Source: Octopus sinensis
Lineage: Eukaryota
Direction: 5' to 3'
Assembly: GCF_006345805.1 (NCBI RefSeq)
Contig: NC_043017.1
Coordinates: 3,286,001-3,350,000 of the forward strand
DNA: 64,000 nucleotides
The notes beneath the pieces are model-generated. The model saw nothing but the letters and a program-made list of their open reading frames with translations. It did no database searches and was not told where the DNA came from. This document shows, piece after piece, positions 27,060-39,352 of this stretch; position 1 is the first letter of the stretch, and each line of letters begins with the position of its first letter. The position numbers were made by a program, and so were the translations under genes.

Positions 27060-28320
27060 AATCATTTCAACGCAAAGCACGAAGGTTGCGTTGTCAGAGC
27101 TAAGACGCATTCTCTAAGACACGAGGGGATGGAAACTGTTCGATGGCCCCGAGTAGCCCCGGGTAGCAGAGGCGAAACGTGGTCTTAAAACCACAATTCG
27201 GTCTTTGGTAGGTTGGGACAATCGCGTGCTACACGATTCCAAGGAGATGTGCGAGGCTTTTCACCGGCATTTTGCTCGACTGTTTGGGGCGAGTAACAAC
27301 ACAGATCGCAGAGTAAACTTCGGTACAAACCTCGACGGGTTGCGGCGGCTCTCGACAGAGGAGTCGGATCGTTGTGAACGGCCGAGCACAGCTGCTGAAA
27401 TAAGAGAATCCACGGCTGGCCGCAAGATGAGCAGATCGCCAGGTTTAGGTGGTCTACCCTACGAGCTGTACGCAAATATGCCGGAGCTGTTCGGCGGCCC
27501 CTTGGCAGACGTCTACCTGAACTGGCAGCAGAACGGGATAATTCCCGCCGCTGTTAGGCAAGGTGTGGTGACTCTACTGAGAAAGAACCTAGACAAGGGG
27601 GATAGCGTAGATAACTTCCGGCCCATAACTCTGCTTAATACAGAGTTAAAGATTTTGGCCAAGGTGTTAGCGAAGAGGCTGGCGCTTGTCGTCGGTGGGC
27701 TGATTGACGAGGCACAAACGTGTTCCATCCCAAAACGATCCTTCCACAACAACCGCCACCTCCTGCGTTGCATCATAGAGGAAGTGGCTAGGGAAGCTGG
27801 CACGGGTGGAGCCGTGATCAATTTAGATCAATCGAAAGCTTTCAATAGGCTCGACCATCGATATTTGGCAGCAGTTCTCAGGGTCGCTTTTTCAGGGGCT
27901 GAATCTCGACAATTTATGGCGGCACCGTCTCGTTGGTCAAGGTCAATGGCCACCTATTGGAATCATTTAGTAGGTTGCTCGCTCTGGCCTCTTCTGTATG
28001 TGTTGAGCTCAGAGCCATTCCTACGGAAAATGGAGGCGTTGAGCAGTTTTCCGTGAGAGCTAGGATGCAAGAGAAGCGTGTCGGACGTCGTGCACATCGC
28101 GGTGATCGGCACTGCTCTAAAGAAATATGAAGCGGAGACAGGAGCGGAGATTAACCCGGACAAATCAGTAGGCTTGCAGCTCGCACCTAGAAAGGCAGAT
28201 CTATGCCGTCCAACAGCGTCGTACGGCGCTGGACAGACGGACCGGTTTAGCTACTCGGGGGTCTGGTTCGGTTCAGACCACCAGGTGGACAAGAACTGGG
28301 ACGACGTGACGATCAGGACT
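27060..28320 (+). pseudogene. Non-LTR retrotransposon (Tx1/L1-clade) reverse transcriptase fragment
   Basis: ORF 27205-28056 has RSPGLGGLPYELY, NFRPITLLNTELKILAKVLAKRL, QTCSIPKRS and LDQSKAFNRLDHRYL; internal deletions and frameshifts follow. Confidence 0.88.
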
Positions 28321-29142
28321 TTACAAAACCTCCAAGACTGGTGTGAAGAAGAAGCTGTAACCCGAGAGATGTAGTAATACATCAAAACATCAACTTATAC
28401 AAGTACCGGAGACTTAGTCTGAATACTAACAGAACGGAATCAACTAAAAGGTACCCAAAGACTAGATTATTAATGTATAGGAGGAAGAGTGTAGGGGACA
28501 AAACCAACATTGGAACAGAGTTGATAGTGCAGGTCAGAGATACTCAGCCAGCACAGAGTGCGATGAGGCAATCTGGAGGGGTGGGTGAGGGACCCCGTCC
28601 TCCACTTCCTCTTTAACTCACCCCTCACCTCATTTCAAGCCTCCTCGCAACCTAAGCGACTGATAACCCTTAGTGTCTTTTCTTTTTCCCCTTGTGTCAA
28701 GTGCAGGCTTCTCTCAGATCTGGCTTTATGAATTCAAAGCTGTTAGGACGTCTGATTGCCATTAGCCTTGAGTAATAGCTTTTGAGATTATTTTGAAATT
28801 TTGGAAATGCTACCTCGCATGGTTAGCGAAATTGCCTTCAATAGATAGGAAGAAATTGATGAATTACGCATGTGTTGGGACCAGTTCTGGGTGCATTGTT
28901 TGTTGATAGGGATGCAGAGAACAGCTATCGTATTAATTGCCAAATTCTTGGTCTATTGTTTTCATCTCTCTACAATTAAAGATCAATGTGAACGAGTTGA
29001 CCTCTTGGACCCTTTGCTGGTATCCAAGGATCACGGTAAATAATACTGCAAGAATCTATTGTTCCTAGTTGACCTATTTTAATTAGCAAACATTAAAGTG
29101 GGTCAATACCTCTAAGCATCTTTTCCGACATGCAAACGATTC

Positions 29143-29400
29143 TTATTTCTTTATTGCCCACAAGGAGCTCAACATAGAGGGGACAAATAAGGGGATTAAG
29201 TCATTTACATCGACCCCAATGCGTAACTGGTCCTTATTTAATCGACCCTGAAAGGATGAAAGGCAAAGTCGACCTCGGCGGAATTTGAACTCAGAACGTA
29301 ACGGCAGACGAAATACCGCTAAGCATTTCGCCTGACGTGCTAACGTTTCGGCCAGCTTGCCACCTTCAAACATCTTACCGTTTCTGCCAGCTCGCCGCCC
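29143..29400 (-). mobile_element. SINE family A with duplicated head
   Basis: Same consensus. Confidence 0.8.
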
Positions 29401-30924
29401 TATCAAATATTGGGACGATCTAATTAACTGCCTCCACCCACAAAAATGTATGCCTGCTCTGGGGTTGCATGACTGATAAAACATTTTTTTTTTAATTATC
29501 ATTTTCTATTCTGAAATGGAGCATCTTACCAAAATACCAAAGCACGATTAGCCATGACAATATTTAAACTTCCATATTAAGCATGGTGAATTGCTTTATT
29601 TTGCAGCCTCAGATCCTGATGGAGTTGTAAAGTTCACAGCTAACTTCATTCACAGAAAGAGAAGAGTCAACCCCAGTATTTGACTGGTACTTTATAAATA
29701 TCAAAAGAAAGGCAAAGTTGACCTTGGTGGGATTTGAACTCGGAATACACACAGCCAGAACAGATCAAGGCATTCCATCCAACACTTCACCACTTTCATA
29801 GAAAATTGGACGAGTGTTAGATTGCACCTCCAACACAGAAAAAAATAAAGAATTATGAAAATGCTTCTGTGACAAACTTGCTTTCTTCAATTTGGTTTTC
29901 ATGCCTATTTGCACCTCTGGTCATAAATGTTGGGTAATGACTATAAGAATATGGTCATGAATAAAAGCTGCCACTATGGTGTTTCTCCAAAGGATCTCCA
30001 GAGTAATGTTGCTCAACAGGGTGAGACAGTTACTTCTCCACACTAACCGGTTTCAGCTCTAGTACAATGAACATGTGTTTAAAAAGGTTAAAATGCTGCA
30101 GGAAAGGCTCACAAGACAAATTCTTCAAGATGAGACAATAAGCAGGAGACCTCAGGGTAGACCAAGAATGAAATGTTTGGATAAAATCCATAATCCTCAG
30201 CTGGTTGTGCTTGGGAATCCAGCAAGAAAGTGTAATGATGGTTACTTCTGATAGGACTCCATGAAGAAGGTACCTGAAGACTACCCCCAACATCTCTCCC
30301 AGGACGAGTGGGAGGTGAAAATGGATGGATATAAGAAGTCAAGAAGTAAAATGTTAACTAACACAACTGCATGGCATCTTGGGCAAGAGTTTTCTATTAT
30401 AGCCTCAGGCCAACGAAAGTCTTGTGAGTGGATTTGGTAGATATACCTGTGTGTATGTATGTACGTATTTATTTATTTGTCTCCCCACCATTGCTTGACA
30501 GCCGATGTTGATGCATTTATGTCCCCAAAACATAGTGGTTCAGCAAAAGAGCTTGACAGAATAAGTACCAGGCTTACAAAGAATAAGTCAAGGGCCAATT
30601 TCTTCAACTAAAAAGTGGTGCTCCAGCATTGCCACAGTCAAAATGACTAAAACAAGTAAAAGAGTAACATTTCAAAATCTATGACTCTCAACCGGGTTCC
30701 ACACTAGATTTTTTTATAGGAATCAAAGGAGTCCATAGGACTAAAATGGGGGTTGAGAACCACTGATTGATAGTGTCATTGTTTAGTTCCATTTAGTGAA
30801 GGCACATGGCACAGTGGTTCGAGCGTCGAGCTTACAATTGTGAGGTTATGAGTTCGAATCCTGGACCAGGTACATGTGTTCTTGAGCAAGACACTTTATT
30901 TCTCGTTGCTCCGGTTCACTAAGC

Positions 30925-31275
30925 GGTATTTTGTCTGCCGCTACGTTCTGAGTTCAAATTCCGCTGAGGTCGACTTTGCCTTTCATCCTTTCGGGGTCGA
31001 TTAAATAAGTACCAGTTACGCACTGGGTTCAATGTAATCGACTGAATCCATTTGTCTGTCTTTGTTTGTCCTCTCTGTGTTTAGCCCCTTGTGGGTAGTA
31101 AAGAACTAGGTACTTTGTCTGCCACTACATTGAGTTCAAATTCTGCCGAGGTAGACTTTGCCTTTCATCCTTTTGAGGTTGACTAAATAAGTACCAGTTA
31201 CGCACTGGCATCGATACAATTGACTTAATCCGTTTGTCCCCTCTGTGTGAAGGCCCTTGTGGGCAGTAAAAAAAT
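30925..31275 (+). mobile_element. SINE family A dimer
   Basis: Junction AAAGAACTAGGTACTTTG at about 31100. Confidence 0.8.
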
Positions 31276-31952
31276 AAGATGTTTCTTCAAAATATGAAAT
31301 GAGTTGTGACGTCACTGGTGCCAAGCTGTATTGGCCCCTTTGCCTTTCCCTTGGATAACACTGGTGGCGTGGAGAGGAGAGGCGGGTATGCATGGATGAC
31401 TGCTGGTCTTCCATAAACAACCTTGCTCGGACTTGTACCTCGGAGGGTAACTTTCTAGGGGCAATGCCATGGTCATTCATGACCAAAGGGCGTCACCTTT
31501 CACCCTAATGTCTAGTTCCATAATCAACTCACTTTATCTAAGTGGTGCCCCAGCATGGTCTTAGTTCAATGACTGACGACAATAAAAGAATAAAAAAAAC
31601 ACATACATGTATGTATATATATATATCTTTATTTTTTTTTTTATTTTTTTTTTTCAGTGTTCAAATTAAAAGAAATATTGGATGAAATGAGTGGAATTCA
31701 TTTCTAAAAAGGACCCCAAAAAACAATAAAATATAGAGAAAAAAAAAATGAAATGATGATCTCACCAAAGAATGAGTATTTATTCTATTAAAAAAAATAA
31801 AATTTTGTAAGTCATGTTTAGAGAGAAAAAAAACTTCCACCAAGAGAAAAGAAGTGAATAAGAGATAAAAACCAACCCAAAATATGCATTAGTTATATTT
31901 TGTAAAATAGTTCCTCAGATCTGCTTTTTATACGTTTGTATGTTGTGTGTAA

Positions 31953-32045
<93 letters not shown>

Positions 32046-32265
32046 TATATATATATTGTAACACTCACAAGTGTATATATTGATATACATATACAATATG
32101 TATACATATAGAGAAATTGAAATCTCCCAGGGAGAAAAAAAAAAGGGGATTAAAAAAGAAAATGAAAGTCTATCATTCGTAAATCTTTTTTTTTCAAGGA
32201 GAGAAAGAGGAGAGAGAGAGAGAGGAGAGAAGGAGAGAAAGAGAGAGAGAGGAGAGAGAATTGCC

Positions 32266-32548
32266 TTATAATAACACGGTCCTGATAATGATTTCCGTAA
32301 CTGAATATGGGTCACAATTGGAAGAGGGGCGTCTATCTTCAAGGTAACCCTTCTTTTCATCTGCCACAGACCTTGGTATGCGAATGCTTGCCCCACGGTT
32401 GGCAACACCAGCTGAAAACTCATGAATAGAAGAGGTTTCATGGCGTCCAGTGAGCCGTCTCACGTTGTCCTGGCCTTTGTTTGGGTCATATGCTCTGATG
32501 TGCTCTTCATGATTTTCAGCTAACTTCTCAATAGCTGCCTCGATGTAC
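32266..32548 (-). CDS. GLUL: Glutamine synthetase, terminal coding exon (283 nt)
   Basis: ttttcag|G TAC; encodes [93 protein letters not shown], then TAA at 32268-32266. The six exons sum to 1095 nt, in frame. Confidence 0.97.
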
Positions 32549-32946
32549 CTGAAAATACACGGGGGAAAAAAAAAAAAAACAAATTTCTTGCATTAGTACA
32601 AAGCCAAAACTTTAAGATACAGGTGACCGAGTCACCATTATTGTTTTCATGTCCACTCTTCCATGCTCGCATAGTTCAGACAAAGCATGTTGAAGCAGAT
32701 ATTCTACCGCCAAATGCTCTTCCTGTCACCAACACTTACCTATTTCCAGTAAGGTAATATTTTCCCCCATAAAACCAAACTTTGTAAAAGTGGTTAGCAT
32801 GAAAATGAGTGGCTAGTTGTAGAAACCATGTCAAAAATGACATTGGGGCTTGACACAGCTCCACAGCTCATTGACTTCCTGTCAAGCTGTCCAACCCATA
32901 CCAGAATAGAAAACAGGCATTCAATAATGATGATAATGAACCAGAA

Positions 32947-33530
32947 AGGCGACGAGCTGGCAGAAATGTTAGCACGCCAGGCGAAATGATTAGCGGTATT
33001 TCGTCTGCCGCTACGTTCTGAGTTCAAATTCAGCCGAGGTCAACTTTGCCTTTCATCCTTTCGGGGTCAATTAAAGAAGTACCAGTTACGCACTGGGGCT
33101 CGATGTAATCGACTTAATCCGTTTGTCTATCTTTGTCCTCTCTGTGTTTAGCCCCTTGTGGGTGGTAAAGAACTAGGTACTTTGTCTGCCACTACATTCT
33201 GAGTTCAAATTCTGCCGAGGTAGACTTTGCCTTTCATCCTTTCGAGGTTGACTATATAAGTACCAGTTACGCACAGGCGTCGATACAATCGACTTAATCC
33301 GTTTGTCTGTCTATCTTTGTCCTCTCTGTGTTTAGCCCCTTATGGGTAGTAAAGAACTAGGTACTTCGTCTGCCACTACATTCTGAGTTCAAATTCTGCT
33401 GAGGTCGACTTTGACTTTCATCCTTTCGGGGTCGATTAAATAAGTACCAGTTACACACTGGAGTCAATATAATTGACTTAATCCATTTGTCTGTCCCCTC
33501 TGTGTGAAGCCCCTTGTGGGCAGTAAAAAA
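32947..33530 (+). mobile_element. SINE family A trimer in last GLUL intron
   Basis: One full head followed by two head-truncated units. Confidence 0.85.
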
Positions 33531-33624
33531 TAAGATGTTTCTTCAAAATATGATGGAAGTGCTTGAAAGATGGTGACACAGATAAGGAGGCAAAAAAAAG
33601 AAAAATATCGACAGATATACTTAC

Positions 33625-33824
33625 TTCAAACCATTGTCCTTCCTCATGTTTAAGGTACTGAAGTTGGTATGTGCTCCTGCACCATTCCAGTCTCCGGTCA
33701 TTGGTTTTGGATCAAAACTAATGACAACACCCAAATCTTCAGCAACACGATGAAGAATATACCGGGCCATCCACAAATGATCTCCCATTTCAATACCTTC
33801 ACATGGCCCAACTTGGAATTCCCA
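33625..33824 (-). CDS. GLUL: Glutamine synthetase, coding exon 5 (200 nt)
   Basis: Not in the ORF track; translated by hand. ttctag|TGG ... TTGAA|GTAAG; encodes [67 protein letters not shown] (DPKP and WNGAGxHTN signatures). Confidence 0.96.
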
Positions 33825-33989
33825 CTAGAATGCCAAAACAAAACAAAAATAAGATTAATTTCTTACATAACTATGAGGTTTCAAGGTTAACAACATACCA
33901 AACCTGAAAGAAAGAAAAGTGCAGCTGACCTAATATATTGCTACCATTTAATGTCCCGGTTCCATGCCCGGCATGGCTTGAGTGTTTAA

Positions 33990-34715
33990 CCCTTTCATTA
34001 CTGTATTTATTTTGAGATGCTCTGTGTTTCTTTCAATTACTTTAAAATGTAACAAAGGATTTAGTAAAATAACTTAGTTATCATTAAGCTAGTGTTAGGA
34101 ACAGAAATTGTGACTAAGGTTTGGTGGAAGATTTTAGTTCAAAACTTATGAAAACAAGACATTTATACTACAGAGGCAGAGTTGGTTTCATCTAGGTTGG
34201 TATCGAAAGTGTTAAGAATTGTTTCTCTATTATATATTTGAACCCTTTCATTACCATATTTCTGTTGAGATGCTCTGTGTTTCTTTCAACTACTTTAAAA
34301 TGTAACAAAGGATTTAGTAAAATAACTTAGTTATCATTCAGCTAGTGTTAGGAACATAAATTGTGACTAAGGTTTGGTGGAAGATTTTAGTTCAAAACTT
34401 ATGAAAACAAGACATTTATACTACAGAGGCAGAGTTGGTTTCATCTAGGTTGGTATCGAAAGTGTTAAGAATTGTTTCTCTATTATATATTTGAACCCTT
34501 TCATTACCATATTTCTGTTGAGATGCTCTGTGTTTCTTTCAACTACTTTAAATGTAACAAAGAATTTAGTAAAATAACTTAGTCATCATTAAGCTAGTGT
34601 TAGGAACATAAATTGTGACTAAGGTTTGGTGGAAGATTTTAATTCAGAACTTATTAAAACAAGACATTTGTACTCAGAGCTAGAGCCAGTTTCAGCCGGG
34701 TTGGTAACGAAAGAG
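33990..34715 (-). mobile_element. Three tandem piggyBac-like MITE copies (~220 bp each, period 253 bp) in GLUL intron
   Basis: Units 33990-34211, 34243-34464 and 34496-34715, with outer TTAA flanks and CCCTTTC(A/G)TTAC termini. Confidence 0.85.
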
Positions 34716-35105
34716 TTAACAGGATCCGGTGGACCCAAGAACTGCATCATGCTCCAGTATCTGTTTTGGTACAATGTTGGCGCCAAATGAGGGCCACCCA
34801 TGCTGGAGCCATGCAAAAAGCATCCATGCTGGAGCCATGTAAAAAAGCACCATGACAGCACCAAATGCCAACACCACATACAAAACACTGGCGCTGGTGC
34901 CATGAAAAAAAAAAATCACCTAGTACTCTCGGTGAAATGGTTGGCATTAAGAAGGGCATCCAGTAGTAGAGACTATGCCAAAGCAGGCAATTGGAGCCTG
35001 ATGCCGCTCTCCAGCTGGCTAGCTGCTGCCAAACCATACAACCCATGCCGGCATGGAAAACAGATGTTAAATGATGATGATGATGATAACAGGTATGATT
35101 CTCAC

Positions 35106-35233
35106 CTGAGCAGGCATAACTTCAGCATTACAACCACAAATCTTTATTCCAGCATAAAGACAGGCCTTGTAATGGGCTTCCACAATGTCCCGACCGAACA
35201 CTTTGTTAGCACCGACACCACAGTAATAAGGAC
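35106..35233 (-). CDS. GLUL: Glutamine synthetase, coding exon 4 (128 nt)
   Basis: cttcag|GT ... CAG|GTGAG; encodes [43 protein letters not shown]. Confidence 0.97.
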
Positions 35234-36222
35234 CTGAAGAAATACAAGACATGCAATAGATTTTAGCAAGACATTTGAGGGCAGATGACAGCTGTGATGA
35301 CAAAGCTCATTTTGAAGCCATGTGATTTGGGGTTCAATCCCAATCAGTGGCACAAAGGACAAGTATCTTCAACTATAACCTCAGGCTGACCAATACTTCA
35401 GCTGCATGGGTGGGTGGGGGGGTGCCTGTACCAGATCCGTGCAGGGAAGCACCCATGCCTGATCCACACAGGGGAGGGTCTATGCTGGAACAGCACAAAG
35501 GGGCACAATGCCAGAGCCACTCAAAGGAAGCTTAACAGTATTGCACGTAGGCTTCCATGTGGTTTCTAACCGACACTGAGTAACGGAAGCTGCGTATGTT
35601 TTAGATCTCCCATAAACAATATGTCCCTAGCTCGATGGCTTTGTCAGTTTTTGTGAGAAGACCAAGGGAATGAAACCAAAAGGTTGGCAACAGGAAGAGC
35701 ATCCGGTCGAAAAATACTGCTTCGACAAGTCTCTGCCAACATATTCCAGTATGGAAATGGCAGAACTGAGGTTGTAGAACGCATAAATACTAGAAGAGAT
35801 TTTGTTTACAACTTGTTTGATTCTACAACTGATAATAACCATTTTTAATTTAGGCAGAACAACTTTGATAAGAGGGGTTTAGGTGTTTAGAGGATACCAT
35901 TGACGCTAGTACTTCACAGGTTACCTTTATTTTCTTGACCCTGGAAGAATGAATGGCAAAGGTGACCTCAGCAGAATTTGAACTCAGGCCATACATAAAA
36001 AGCCAGATTAAAGGAAAGGGACAAGGGATTTTGTTCAACATTCCAACAATTCTGCCAACTTGCTGCTGCTGCCGCCGCCGCCGACGACGACGACGACGAC
36101 GATGACGATGATGATGATGATGATGATGATGATATCTTGAATGATTTACTTACTTACATGAGGTATTTTTCTTGTTGCTTCAGATTGCTAACTGAAAGAA
36201 AATAAAAATTTCATAAACTTAC

Positions 36223-36369
36223 CCTGTGGACCTGGAAAACCATTTTTAGGCCATCCGAAAGGATAACCATCATAATCCAGCAATGTGTATTCTTGTTCCA
36301 TTCCAAACCACGGATGTTGTTCTTTCACCGATTCCATCGCACTTACACATGTACATCTTTTATTGGTTT
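36223..36369 (-). CDS. GLUL: Glutamine synthetase, coding exon 3 (147 nt)
   Basis: tttcag|AA ... CAGG|GTAAG; encodes [49 protein letters not shown] (metal-ligand EQEY motif). Confidence 0.97.
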
Positions 36370-38079
36370 CTGAAATAAAAAATAACAGCAATAACAATAA
36401 CAACAATCCAATCTACTAAGGGCACAAGGCTTAAGATTTTGGGGAGAGTGGGGGGGGGGCTAGTCAATTACATTGACACCCAGGGCTCAACTGGTATTTG
36501 ATTGATCCTGGAAGGATGAAAAGCAAAAGTTGACCTTAGAGGTATTTGAACTCTGAACATAAAGGCAGATGAAAACTGCTATGCATTTTGTCAGGTGTGC
36601 TAACAATTCTGCCAGGGTGCCACCATAATAATACCTTATTCTTTTATTGCCCACAAGGGCTAATATAAATAAACATACAGGATATATAGTATAACATTAA
36701 AAGACAAAAACCAGATGATACAATGGCTTTTCCTCATGTAAACAATAAAATTAAACAAAGTAAAACTCCCAATAAGGGAGGCATTTTAAAGGTCCTTGTG
36801 GAAAAAACCCACGAAAGTCACAGGTGCTTGATCAACAGGGCAAGAGCCCTTCTTTCATCTTTCACAGGTGTACGCCCAGAATTGGTCCTTTCACACTGAC
36901 CATTCTTCCAACACTCGCCCACCTTTCAACGAACTTTCTAGAAGGCAACACCCCTCTCTCCACCCTCAACTTCATTTTCGACTGTAACTTGATGATAATA
37001 ATAGCAATTTCAAATTTTTGAAAGAATGAACTGACTCCTGTTCATATTCTTTTCTAAGCCTTCAGCATTTGCATTATTCAGTCCAACATAATGCATATTT
37101 ATTCACATCATCATCATCCAGTGTTTTAAATCCAGGTTATGTCCCCGTTATCAGGGGTGGCCAGATCACATGGTTTTGAATTAATCTTGCATTATCTTGT
37201 AGCTTTGAGATTTTGATGAGGTAACTTAATTTTTAGAATGACATTGTAGGGTTGGTGTGAGAGGCTGGATCTGAAGTGTGGACATAAAGGTGGAATATTT
37301 TGGCCGAATATGGTCAGTTTAAATGCTAAAGGATTAAACTTGATATACATTCTATTGGTCTTTCATGCCAAACTGCTAAGATATGGATTTGGTAGATGGA
37401 AACTGAAAGAAGCCCGTCATATATATGTATATATATCTGTATGTGTGTGTGTGTGTTTATGTGTCTGTGTTTGTCCCCCTCCAACATCGCTTGGCAACCG
37501 ATGGTGGTGTGTTTACATCCCCATAACTTAGCGGTTCAGCAAGAGACCGATAGAATAAGTACTAGGCTTACAAAGAGTAAGTCCTGGGGTCGATTTGCTT
37601 GACTAAAAGGTGGTGCTCCAGCATGGCCACAGTCAAATGACTGAAACAAGTAAAAGAGAGAAAGTCCATATCTGCTACAGTACTGTTTGTGTCCATGACT
37701 AATAAGCTCGATTTAATTATAACAAGGAAGCCTCTAGAAATGGTCGTTCGACCTGCTTGAAATAACCAAATCTCTCTGAAACCACAACTTACAGATCATG
37801 AATCCTACCAACCCTATACAGAATAGAAAATTAAATTAACCTAATTACAAGATACTAGTTCACAATGCTAAATGCTGAGTCACTTTCCAAGCTAATTGAA
37901 AACTAACAGTTTTTTTATCATCAATTTTTTCCTGTAACGTTCTCAAATTTTCAATTAATCACTAACAGCCAAGTTGTTCATAAAACAGGATTCAAATAAC
38001 CAAAAGATCACGGAATCAATTCTGTTAACTAAAAATGGAAATCAACCACAGACTCAATTTAATGTGAAAAGTCTATTAA

Positions 38080-38299
38080 CCCTTTCGTTACCAACCCGGC
38101 TGAAACTGGCTCTGGCTCTGAGTACAAATGTCATGTTTTCATAAGTTTTTAATCAAAATCTTCCACCAAACCTTAGTCACAATTTATCTTCCTAACACTA
38201 GCTGAATGATAACTAAGTTATTTTACTAAATTCTTTGTTATACTTAAAGTGATTGAAAGAAATACAGAACATCCCAAAATAAATAAAGTAATGAAAGGG
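38080..38299 (+). mobile_element. piggyBac-like MITE (220 bp), TTAA TSD
   Basis: TTAA|CCCTTTCGTTAC ... GTAATGAAAGGG|TTAA; same family as 33990-34715. Confidence 0.9.
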
Positions 38300-38595
38300 T
38301 TAAACAGAAGGTAACCTAGGTGCCATTCTCAACAATGCACTATCTTATACACATCTATAACCTTTCACCCTTATTTCATTTCCTATCCACCCAGCCAGCC
38401 AAACTACTCCACTCATATTTTTCTTTTTCCCTCTTCTTTCTGCTTTGATTATTTTTTCTTTCTTTTTCACCCTCTCACCTTGCTTTTGCGGCAAGCAATT
38501 TTATCTTCAGCTTACCCCAAGCACATATAGTAGCTATTATTACATCCTTTAACCATTTAGGACTTAAACCGGTTATATCAAACCAAAATATTCTA

Positions 38596-38968
38596 TTGGG
38601 TTGTCCGGAAAGTTCGTGCCGATTTATAGTAGCTTACCTTTCGACTTATTTCAGAAAATGGCCGAGTCCATAAGATAGGATTTGACTACACCTCCATTTT
38701 GAGCACAGTTTAAGCTATCTTTTCGCAGAAGTAGGTTTATGTTCCTATAACCTGTGTTAATTCTATGTTAATTCTTTAAAATGGAAGATAAGAAAGTTCA
38801 TTTTCGGTACTTTGGGAACCAGACAAAAATTGCTGCAGCTCGGTTGGGATGTGTTACCCCACCCTCCATATTCACCAGATATTGCTCCTTTGGATTTCCA
38901 CTTATTCAGGTCTCAGCTGAATAGTCTTAATGGTAAAAATTTTAATTCCTCGGATGACATAAAAAGTC
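38596..38968 (+). mobile_element. Internally deleted mariner element in GLUL intron
   Basis: TA|TTGGGTTGTCCGGAAAGTTCGTGCCGATTT TIR-like start; MEDKKVHFR at 38781 is fused to LGWDVLPHPPYSPDIAPLDFHLF (mariner YSPDLAPxD motif). Confidence 0.85.
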
Positions 38969-39190
38969 CAGGAATTGAACTCACTATCTCGTGATTGCGA
39001 GTTTGATGCTAACCACTGAGTCATGTGCCATCACATCTTAGCACAATTGTTTCTGGTTATCTTTCAAAATACTATACTAATTTAACTAAAAATCTACTTC
39101 AACATTCAAGCAATTTTATTATCAACAGTAAAATAACTCTATAAGGATTATACGGGGGGAAGGGCGTGGCGGGAAACCTGAAAAATGTAC

Positions 39191-39352
39191 CTGCAGGTTT
39201 TTTGTTGTACTTATAGACATCACACAAAACAAGGCGGTTGTCCCCACGACGGAATGGATCCTTAAATATAGCAACTGGATACAAGTACATATCAGAGTTG
39301 GAACCTTCTGCTTGACCTGTACTGGAACCATCAAAATTCCAAATGGGGCAGT
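39191..39352 (-). CDS. GLUL: Glutamine synthetase, coding exon 2 (162 nt)
   Basis: cttttcag|AC ... GCAG|GTACAT; encodes [54 protein letters not shown] (WNFDGSST signature). Confidence 0.97.

Noticed and set aside
30030-30342. Overlapping minus-strand ORFs, possibly an RT relic
   Set aside because: No motif I could confirm beyond a weak LLSNITLEI resemblance.
31628-31784. GLUL polyadenylation signals (AATAAA on the minus strand at 31784-79 and 31633-28)
   Set aside because: Plausible, but the hexamer is common in this AT-rich DNA and cannot be chosen without 3'-end data.
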